Of a stretch of 64,000 nucleotides of DNA, positions 52,638-63,327 are shown piece by piece. The first letter of the stretch is position 1, and each line of letters opens with the position of its first letter. The notes below the pieces were generated by a model. The model did no database searches and was not told the origin of the DNA. It saw only the letters and a program-made list of their open reading frames with translations. This DNA comes from Dimorphilus gyrociliatus (Eukaryota > Animalia > Annelida), in contig CAJFCJ010000016.1 of NCBI GenBank assembly GCA_904063045.1, positions 930,001-994,000 on the forward strand. The letters are read 5' to 3'. Position numbers and translations under genes: made by a program.

Positions 52638-54770
52638 ATGTTAACATCGTCTACTAGTCAAAGGGAGAAGTGTTCCTCTGTAAGGAGAAAATTGATGGAG
52701 GAGAATAGACTAAAGGACATCTGTTTGGATTATATAGCAAAGAATATTGACATTATAATAGAGTTTGTAAATAGGACAAATGCAACTTTACCTCATGGAA
52801 TTTCAGAGAAAATATTCGAATGTTTGGAAGAGAAAGATTTCGGCATAAAAGAAGAATATTTAGAATTCTTTTCTTCCAATGGAAAATTACTACAGAACGT
52901 ACGATTATACGGCCGTAGAATAAAGCATAAATCATCTCTACGTTTCCTCAAATATCATCCTATAAAGAATTTAATAATTAGAAATTTACAACAATTAACT
53001 ATAGCCGAATGGTTAAATTACGTTAATAAAGAGACATTAGAAACTTTAAGCGTTTCCGGTTGTCAATTTTCAGAGGTAGAAGTTGATTTATACCCAAAGA
53101 GTCTACCAACGCAAGCCGACTATCTAGGAGGATTTAATAGTCTAATTAAATTAGATGTCAGCTATACGGATTTCGAAGATGCTCACTTCAAAGTTGTTTG
53201 TAACGAATACGTTAATTTAGAGGAATTAGATATATCAGGAACATTAGTTAAATGTTTAGGTTGTTTAACGAAATTGGAAAGATTAAAAGTATTTAAATTC
53301 TGTACAAGGAGATCTTTGTTGAATTGGAACGAATATACAAATCTATTGTACTTGAAACATCTTCAGATAATCAACATTGGAATGTGCCTTGGAGATTACG
53401 AAGCTAATTCGGTCGATAAGGCATTTTGCGAATGGTTATATCATTTCCTGCAGCAGGCTCAATGGAACGATTTACAAAGTATTAGTATTTCCGAATATGG
53501 TGATGTCGATTTGAATATTTTAAGGTTTCTCTCCTCTCCTCCTTCTATATCTTATCTATCTCTTTTACTTTCCACAGGAGATTTATAGACAATCATCCAA
53601 ACTTGAAATTCTTTGGACTCGACGTGAATAATGTTACTAAACACTTGAACGAACTCGGTAGCATTTCAAATGTTATATACGCTTCCTGCTATTCGGTAAG
53701 CTATTCCTCTCAGCCAATCAATCACTCGATCAAACGGTGTTCTATTCTCTTTTCAGAACAAATTATCTGAAATAATCAATGTATTCTTTTCGCCTTATTC
53801 CACCTATATTTTTGAAGTTTTCAACGATCAAACAATGGCTCTATTTCACGTATTTTCAATTGAAATTAAACGTATGAAAAAGCCTGATAGAGTAGAATAT
53901 TTCAATTCTTTAAATATGGACGAACTATGGAGGGTTAACTTGACATACTTTTTATCCGTTGTACAATATTCATTCTAACTATTATTCATCCTTACAGATT
54001 CTATTAGCTATTATTGACGAACATAAAACCATCAATTTTAAACATTGGGTTAGAGATAATAACATCCTCTTTATCATTCAAGCTTTTGAATTAATTAAAA
54101 AGATGAGAATTCTACCTGGCTATAGGCAAAATTGGATTAGAGTTATTAAAATATCTTGCCAAATAATTGAATTATATTACGACTTAAAAGAGCCTGCCGA
54201 AGATTTTTTACCATTTAGACTTATATCATCGATTTTCCTCCACTTTTACGATTTAATTCATTTAGTAAGCCTATATCTGTTCTCTTTCTTTATTTTCTAC
54301 CTTTAATCTTACAATTTCAAATTTAGGTTGCAAATAAACTGAAACTAGTTACGATGCTATTCGGATTAGTTGGAGAAAATTCAGTTGTTCGTAACGTTCT
54401 AGCTCTTATACACCGGCTCATTGACGAAGTTGATTTTACAACTGTAAGATATCGATCGATTATACCGTTTTATATATTACGTAATTTGTGCTTTTTACCA
54501 TTTGTAAAGCTTAATGAAAGCGAACTACACGAAATGATTAACAACTTTGGTATCTTTCGAAATATTCTCGTCAGATCCTACCATCCCGATCAGCCGGTAC
54601 TTTTTGAGAAAATTCACGACATCGTACACGAAGGATTGTTAAATTATAAACAATTTTACGGAACGCAACATTTGTTCATTGAATCGGTTAATAATCAAGA
54701 AATTATTGATTTAGACGAAATACTTGCTTCTTTTTCAATAATAACTTTAAATCAATTTCAATTTGAATAA
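52638..54770 (+). CDS. ZYG11/ZER1-like LRR protein, paralog 4 (~589 aa from ATG 52695, 6 exons)
   Basis: Start 52638 or 52695; exons to 53524, 53578-53695, 53757-53933, 53998-54264, 54327-54443, 54510-54770. BC-box RLKDICLDYI with Cys, LPHGISEKIF, LRRs (LIKLDVSYT, LEELDISGT). Confidence 0.8.
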
Positions 54771-54914
54771 AAAGTCTTATTGAATTATTCAATTTATCGT
54801 TCGCACTCTCTCTCTCACACACACACACACACGCACTCTCTCTCTTTCTTATAAATGAATAATACCCATTGCGTAATCCAATTGAATAGAAAACATCGTC
54901 ATCAATAGTTTCGA

Positions 54915-56799
54915 ATGATTCTATTTGTTTACTACGGCAGTTGTCTAATTGTTACGTTTATCTTGCAAGTGTTAACGCTTAATAGACTTAATTGGAACGT
55001 ACCTAATTATCGTATTGAATTTGAATTTAAGAGACTGTTTAGGGTGGATAAACCTTGTTTTGCAGGTATATACACACACGCACAGAAACGCATCGTTCAT
55101 AATACTCTATTAATGTGTCTTTCAAGGAAATAGGCTAAATAAACGAGAATGTAATATTAACAGTAAGGTTTCCATTTAGATAATATATCAATGACTAAAA
55201 AAAACTGTTTTTTACTCTTTCTTTTTCATTGATTATAGAAGTATACCTAAGTCAAAAGGGTCTAAATTTATTTACCATCTATTATCCAAAGGAGTCAAAG
55301 TTGATTGTTGATGAGAAAACTGGTAAATATTTCAACGAGAACAGAAAGAATACATTTTCCTATGTGGGCTATATGTGCTTTTTATATTTATTTACAATGA
55401 ACGGAATTACTAGACCTTATGAATTCGTTGGCGAAATTAACATACATTCGGAAATTGAGAAATCATCGCAAAGGAATATGGGCAGGAATGTTACATTCTA
55501 TTTTAAAGAAGACTACGTTCTTGAATTGGTTCTTCGGGTATTTTTCAATTATCATTCCAATCAGAATTCGTCCATTTAATCAACGTCTTCTTACCTATTA
55601 GGTTACCTGTTTAGACAACTATTTCGGTGATTATTGTACCTGTAAAGGTAGAAGGAGGAAAACTGACATTTGCTTTAAAAATGGTACCGTTCTCTGTAAA
55701 TTAACTAATCAACCTTACACGCATGTCGAAGAGGAATGTATTGATACGAGAATATCGCAGTTAACCGTCGCAATCTATATACAATCCGTTCAATTAACAA
55801 ACAAAGTATCGTGTAAGGAATACGACGACTGCAGTCTTAACAATACGAGATTTTGCTTTGGATTGCATAATAAATACGAAATAGTTTGCGACGATTATCA
55901 ATTCAATCGCAATTCGAACAATAGTAAAGAATTTCTACCAGTTGACGTTAAATCTATGAAATTTCATATTGGAAGTAGAAAATTCATGTACTTGGGTACC
56001 GAAGTTCAACTATTCAAGAATCAATCTTTGTTCACTCTCTACGAATCTTTCGATAAAACATTATATATAAAAAACATCAAGAATCATTCGATTATCGTGA
56101 TTTTAGGCGACTTTGATAAACTTGAATTTACATTGCGATTTGAAGTAAAATACAAATTATTTTTAACTCTCTACCAAATTCATCTTGTTGCCGTTTGCTT
56201 ATCTTTTCATTCATTTTTTTCCCTACCAGTTTTCTTGCTCTCAAACAATCAAATCAAACTTTGGCAAACATTGCCAATGTAACGGTAAAGAAAAGGATAA
56301 TATGATATGCTTGGAGAATGGTACTATTACTTGCCAACGTGGATTTCTATACGTTTCTTCAATTCACTCTTGCTTGAATAGGACAAATTTCTTGAATAGT
56401 AAACATCTATTGATTGAATCAACGACAAATTCGAGTAGTATTAATATATCTTTACAATCTAACACTATATAACTTACGATGCTTTTACCCTTATCTTTTA
56501 TAAAAGCAACTAATCGGTTGGATCTGCCGCTTAAAGAGGATTTGTTCAACGATTCGTTAATAGCCTTATCGTTCGCTTTACCTTGTTCATTCGTAATTAT
56601 TACTATGGTTGGTTTATTAATTTATATTGCAAAATACGTTTATCCCGTCACGAAAAAAGACTCTACGTCGTCTATTCGTCTAAACGATTACTCTTACTAT
56701 GGATACTCTTCCTATTCTTCTTGCCTGTCGTCGTCCAGTCAGTCTAGTCTCAGCTACGATAGACAAAATTCGAGTGTTACCTACGAAAAGAACAGCTAA
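54915..56799 (+). CDS. Type I membrane protein with two C2/MNNL-like + DSL-like modules (divergent Delta-like), ~496 aa
   Basis: Exons 54915-55065, 55239-55537, 55602-56144, 56230-~56434, 56507-56799. Signal peptide; 6-Cys repeats VTCLDNYFGDYCTC..ICFKNGTVLC..C and FSC..NFGKHCQC..ICLENGTITC..C; TM segment LIALSFALPCSFVIITMVGLLIYIA; Ser/Tyr-rich tail. Confidence 0.6.
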
Positions 56800-56905
56800 C
56801 AGTATTCTTAATAAACTAGTATAAACAATTAAGTAAAACGTCTCGGTTTTTACTTTTTACTGTATTGAATGGAGAATAAATGAAAAAGAAAAAAAAAACG
56901 GATTC

Positions 56906-56977
56906 AGGTTCCACCGAGATTTGAACTCGGATCGTTGGATTCAGAGTCCAAAGTGCTAACCGTTACACCATGGAACC
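56906..56977 (-). tRNA. trnQ: tRNA-Gln (anticodon CTG), identical inverted copy
   Basis: Exact reverse complement of 48126-48197; oligo-T terminator on the minus strand downstream. Confidence 0.97.
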
Positions 56978-57248
56978 TTCACATGTTTGCGAGATTCTAT
57001 TTATCTTCTATGAAACCTATCATCATATTCAGTATTAAAAAAAAAGAAAAGAATGAAAAGTCTTGATAATCCTGAACGTAAAATGAACTCTTTTGAATTT
57101 TTATGAATAAATTACCTTAATTTATTAATAGTTGTATTTATTAGAAACTATAAATCGTTCTTTTTATTGTTCATTCTTATATATTATTAAAATTACGGTT
57201 AATTTAAACGCAGTAAAACTCTACTCATCCATCATTAACACTTTCACC

Positions 57249-59497
57249 ATGTTGGAAATGGTTTTACTCTGTTTTCTCTTTGGTAAATATTTGCCCAACA
57301 TTTTACTTTGTTTTTATCTATTCCTTCTCTCCTTTCTCTTCTTCCTTTCTATCATAAACAAAATATTCCCCATCATTTAGTCACCTCTCAGCAAGTTCCT
57401 ACAAACGATTTGGCAAAATTCAAAAGAGCTTATCAATCAACAATTATGATAAAAGAATCAAGTGACGGTCCAAGTTTAGCGGTAGACGGTTTATCAACTT
57501 TTATAAAAGTAACCTATCAGGCATACTATATAAGAAATCTCAGTCAACATCTATCTATACAATATATACAGTGTATAAGTAAAAATTCATAAAAACAGTG
57601 TTCGAGAACTGGAGCCCATCCTAATCTGAAATCATGGTGGTCTGTCGACTTGGAAAGAGAGTACGAGATAACCAGCGTATGCCTTTTAAATACAAATGGA
57701 ATCGATTGTAAATAAACAACAATAAGGGAATCTTGTGATTTTTTTTCAATTATATCTTAATTACCACATTTTTTAGATGATAAACTAAGTAATTTTCAAG
57801 TAAGCGTTGGTAATTTTCCACTTGAAACGTCTAATATATGCACAACATATTCTGGAACTGTCCCTGAGCCTCAAAATTCTAATGAATATATATGTTTTAA
57901 CTGCCAACAAGATTCAATAGGTTCTTTTTTAACAATACAACATTTGGACGAGGGAAAGAATTTAATACTATGCGGTGTAACGGTAAATGGTCAATCGGAA
58001 AAGCCTTCTAGTAAGTCAAATGTTTCATTCAACTATGTTAAGGGTGTTATTTATAATTGTATATTAAAGATATTGCCTCTATCAATCAACCGCATTTTGT
58101 GGCTTTTGGAGGAAAAACTTCTTCTACGATACACGCCTTCGATAAGTTTTACGGATCATTCTTCTCCACCAAAACAACCGATCTCAATTATAAGAGGCCA
58201 TTTCTGAGGATTGATTTACACGAAAGCCGCCTTATCTACGGACTTATCATCATTTCTGCTGAAGATGGTTTGTAGTTTGGTTTTCTTCATATTTATCCTT
58301 TTCAGACAAAGTATTAACGTTCTACAACAGAGAGTTTATCGAAGAGATATATTGAAAATATCAACATAGCTGTTCAATCCACGCTGGAAACGCTCCTGCC
58401 GGAAGGAGACAAGTTTTGTTATAGAAATTTTTCATCAAATTTTTACAAATATTACCAAGCGAACGTTATTGCGTGCAGTCGACAACTATACGGAAGTTCT
58501 ATATTGATAATTAAAGACGACGACGGTACAGTGGAATTAAAGTTTTCAGAGCTCATCCTCTACGAAAAAGCTTCTTATATTTGTACATATTGCGGTAAAA
58601 AACAATTCTATCAATACTTTTCAATAGTTTGAATAGTTTACTGGAAAATCTTTCAGAGAATTCAATGAACTTTAAAATCTTTCCGTCAAATATTCAATCA
58701 TCTCCAACTTTCGTTCTAATCGATTCCATCTATTACTTATTTGGCAATGCGGAATTTATACCTTTACCTAGACTGCAATTTTTTGAATTCAACTTTTCAA
58801 AAGTTCTACTATTCAATTCGGTTTGTTTAACAGGTAAACCGTTGTTTTTACATCTGTATTATATGCTTGAAATAGCTAATATATCTCTCCTCCTTTCGTC
58901 AAGTTTCCCTCTCTCAATCCTACTCCGACGTGGCTATAGTTGAAGTTGTTAATTCCGTTGGTCATTCAATTAATCATTATTTATCTAATCAGGAACTAGA
59001 ATTGGCAATGACCGGTTGCTATTATTTTCCGGTTACCCTTTCAAAATTAATAAGAGTACACGCAAAAACCGATATAAATGTCAGTGAAGTCGACTTTCCG
59101 ACAACATCCAAAATGGCGGTAAAATGTAAGAGTTTATGTGAATAGTTACGTTTCTTTTCATTTCAACTGCCTTTTCTTTTCTATAGATGAAAACACATCG
59201 TGCCAAGGTGCATTTTCTTCTAAAACTATCTCTTTGAATGAAATTTCCAACGATTTCATAAATTATCAATCATTTCTTATTGTTATATCTGGTTATGGAA
59301 TTATTAGGGAATCCTTTCTTGTTCTTACCAACAATCTCACTGTTAATAAAGTACACTATTGCGAGAATATTGTTGAACAGGACTTTTTCGATCCATCCGT
59401 ATTACTATTTAATTGTTCTACAACTTTTCATCATTCAATCGTTATTTATCCTTTCAAAATTGAAACGCTAATTGCCAATATCTTTATCTATTTATAA
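57249..59497 (+). CDS. Secreted multi-domain F-type lectin (fucolectin/FTP-domain)-like protein
   Basis: Exons 57249-57282 (signal), 57381-57508 (DLAKFKRAYQST..PSLAVDG), 57599-57707 (CSRT..SWWSVDLEREYEITSV), 57777-58010 (KLSNFQVSVG..C..C..GSFLTIQ..LILCGVTV), 58070-58267, 58331-~58594 (second domain, PFLRIDL). Further degenerate exons to 59497 are less certain. Confidence 0.65.
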
Positions 59498-60212
59498 ACA
59501 CGATTAACCCTGGGCATAGAATGGAAGAAAAACGTAAAATTATCACGAATAATAATTGCAGTCTGTCTATGCAAAGTTTAATAGTAGAAAACAACTATTG
59601 TATTTATGTGTGGGCGGTTGAATGAAATTTAATAAAAGCTTTGACGTTGTATTGCACAATATCGAATAAACGCTTTCAACAGTTTTACCATATAGTAGAG
59701 AGATGTATTATTATATTCTTCACCTTCTAAGAAAGGACATTGAAATCACGAAAAAGACATAAATCAATCAAGTTTTACTCAATTAATTCCTATTGAAGAA
59801 GAGGAAGAAGGAGGAGGAGGAGATAAAGTAAATGCAATTAATTCCATAGAGATCCTTTATTTAAACATGCGCAAAATTGATCATCTTTTCAAAAGATGAG
59901 GTGACAAAAAAGCGATTTTAAAGAGACGCTCACCTTCCGCTAGCCAAAGAGACTAGCAAAACAATTAAAATAAAGGGTAGTTCTTTCGTTTTCTCGTTCC
60001 GTGTTTCTTCTATTGTTTACCATAGAGACTATGATAACAGAAGGGATGATAATATTCCTATAGATTTCTTTACCATCTCAAAATCGTTAAGCATAAGATG
60101 TAATAGATATATCGAACTCTGTACAGGGTTATATTTATTATATAAGAACTTTCGCCATTAGATTTATTTGACATTTTTAGCATGATAACAAAGCGTTATT
60201 CGGATGGAAACT

Positions 60213-60676
60213 ATGAGGAATTTATGTATAATTGTACTATTAACATTATCATCGTTTCCACTATCGTTGTCTTCTAATGAAGGTTTGACAATTTCCTTTT
60301 TCGTTATGCCATGAGAAAAAGCAAATTGATTCTTTTATACTTTCAGTTTGTTCTTATAAATATACTAGTTATGTTTATCTGTTCGGTTATAACTTGTTTA
60401 TACCTGGATACTCACCCTCAATTACCAATATAATTACTAATGTTACCTACTGCAAACAGCTTTGCAGCGGTTTGAAAGATTGCAAGTTTGTTGGAAAACT
60501 TTTAAAATTTATCATAAAGAATTGTCTTTCTTTCTTTCCCTTCTCGTTTAGATCGATTGACTATCATTTGACTCTACGTAAATGTTATCTAAACTATGAA
60601 ACAATATGGTCAAGAGTTAGCGATGCTCTTAATTCTCAAGTTTACAATTATTACGAGAAAGTTGACGATACATGCG
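60213..60676 (+). CDS. Secreted PAN/apple-domain protein (5' three exons; 3' end unresolved)
   Basis: Signal exon 60213-60282 (MRNLCIIVLLTLSSFPLSLS), then YCKQLCSGLKDCK|SIDYHLTLRKCYLN..YNYYEKV, ending at donor GTAAGT 60677. Confidence 0.65.
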
Positions 60677-61674
60677 GTAAGTGAACTTGACCCTCTATCC
60701 ATTTGCCTATCATCATGAACATTCAACTCTTCATAATCACGTCAAAATTCACATTGAAATGAACAATTTTTATAAATTATACACTATAGTACTGTATATT
60801 AAAGTAATGGGATGTTTTTTTGATCGATTTAACCTTAAGGGTCATTTATTCACTCAATTCTTTATCAAAAGTCATTGGATAAGGTTTGTTCTTTTTGAAT
60901 AACTTGTACTTGTATTCAGACTCCTTGTATAGTTTATTATTTTGAATTGTTAACTGCATCTAATCCAAAACTGAATAGAGGACAAGCAAGTAAACAGAAC
61001 GTTCTTCTCCACCATTAGCATCATTCCGTAAGTATATTACGTAGATACTTTCATTTCCAGATAGAATAACAATTTATTTCTTCATTTATACAGTATTTTG
61101 CAGTTGAAACATTTCAATAACATATTCATTTTTCTATCAGCAAAATAAGCGGAAACCAGAAATCAACTAGAGTTTTTCATTATTTTCGTAAGGATTTACA
61201 TACTTTTCGTTATAAATCCAATAAATAAAAGACATGCTCAGTTCGATTGATCGAATAACAACAACAATAATAAATAATAATAATAATCAATTTTATATAG
61301 AATGTTATGAAATATCTAGATATTGTATAAACAGTATATACTGTATATAAGTTTATACTGTCTATACAATATATGTTTCGGTCTGAGACTTTAATTAAAT
61401 AATATTAAAACTATTTACATGGAATAACGCTGGTTTTTATGATAATATCAGTATAGTAAAAGATCGATTAGAAACCATCGAGCATGTCATTACATCAGTG
61501 CTGTAGTTTGTTGTGTATGTGTGTGTGTGTGTGTGTACCAATTAGTAAAGTACTAATATTACAATAGGAAGCTGAACTTGATTTTCTACAGTTTGCTTAT
61601 GAAATGAATGAAAAGAGAGAGAGAGAGAGAGTGTGTGTGTGTGTGTAAGTGTGTCTCATTTCTCCTATACTTAC

Positions 61675-62130
61675 TCGTATTTGTTACTTTATGATAATAA
61701 TCGTAGAGGTGTGATGTAACAAAAGATATCTTCATAGTATCTTTCGATTGTGAATTAAGGAAGCATCGACTCTGGCTGAATTTATAATCAAACGATCTGA
61801 ATGCATGTTACACAATGCAATAGCTGTCATTGAAATTAAAAGATCATAACTTACAAACATTTCTTGTAGGCATTGCACATACTTTTACAAGTATCCACAC
61901 TGACGACGACTGATTCGGCATTAGAGAATTCAGTTATCTTAATATTATAGTCATTTAATACAGACAACGGATACTTTTCATAGACAAAAGCTTGAAAAGA
62001 ATAGAAAACAATTTTGTAGCAATTAATATTAACCAATTAAAAGGTAAAGAGACAAAAGTATACCTTGATCAGTGTATCTGATAAGATGGCAATAAACTAT
62101 TAGTATTCTTATTAGTTTATAAGTTTTCAT
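61675..62130 (-). CDS. Secreted PAN/apple-domain protein, paralog of 60213 gene (3' end unresolved)
   Basis: Exons 62130-62064, 61990-61855 (TCKSMCNAYKKCL), 61796-61675 (SFDYKFSQSRCFLN..YDYYHKV); same intron positions and phases as the plus-strand paralog. Confidence 0.65.
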
Positions 62131-63327
62131 TTCGTTCTGAAGAGAGAAGAGTCTAATAGCAGATGACAAACGTTTCTTGAATGCGAAAAAGAGCTCTCTC
62201 TTCCATTTTATTTAATGTTTTTCATGATGTTTAAATAAATCATTTTATTTGACGTTTAGTAAACAGTAAACGCCAATATGTGTTAATAGTTCAGGTCGAT
62301 TTAATCTGATATTTCCCTCTTATGGGTCTAAATCTAGACTAAAAAATCGTTCTTCTTCCATCTCCGTTTCATAATAAATTAACGAAAAGTTGGTGTAGAA
62401 ATGTTATTTTTCCTCTGTTTTCGTTCTTTTAACATTATTTATTTGACGTTTATCTACTAAAATAACGATTTCTATTAAATAGATTATAAAATAATTAAGG
62501 CCTATATCTTTATAGAAATATATATACAGTATATATATATATTCAATATTCGTTATTTAAACTAACTATTAACAACTCTGCAATACATTCACCTTACGCA
62601 AAAATGACATAAATCTCTTCTACACGGTTCATTCTCTCCCTCTTTAAACTTCTAAAACTACTTATTTATAATAAGCACAATCTTAACGATATCAATTACA
62701 AGAAATAAACCTAAACCATAAAAATGAGCCGACAGGGATTATTACAAAATATTGTCAACTAAGCAGACAAGACTTAAAGTCTATTTTTAAGGTTGGAAAA
62801 CAGGCAAATCTATACTTTACCGTAGATTCGTTTGTTCAACTTGATATTCTATTTTTAGACGAGATAGGAAAGTTAGAGGATGAATATACGAAACGAACGA
62901 AATAGTTCCAAGAATTCGTTCTATGTTGAATATAGAGAAATACCTTTAGATATAGACTGTCTATAGTCATATGCATATATATAGAATAAAAGATAAAAAT
63001 AGAAAAAATAATCAGTACTCGATAGAAAGAAAGAAAAAAAAACATTAGTCTGCTAATCAATAACTTTTGTACCGCAAATGGTAAATGGTTCATTGGTTAG
63101 TTGGTCGGTCGGTCGGTTGGTCGGTTGGCTGATATTGAATAAGAGGCCTAGGTAAATTAAACACGCTTTGCAATTTCAAGACAGAAAGCGAGAGAGTAAG
63201 AGAGAGAGAGAGAAAAAGAATTATACCTCATGTTATATATTCAAGGGAATTGAATATACTAAGGTAGGTGTAAACATTATACAATTTCAATACATTTATA
63301 ACGGTATTACCAACTACTTTGCAGTCA

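Noticed and set aside
56472-56479. Apparent in-frame stop between two ORFs of the Delta-like gene (read-through or pseudogene)
   Set aside because: The stop lies inside a predicted phase-1 intron (~56435-56506).
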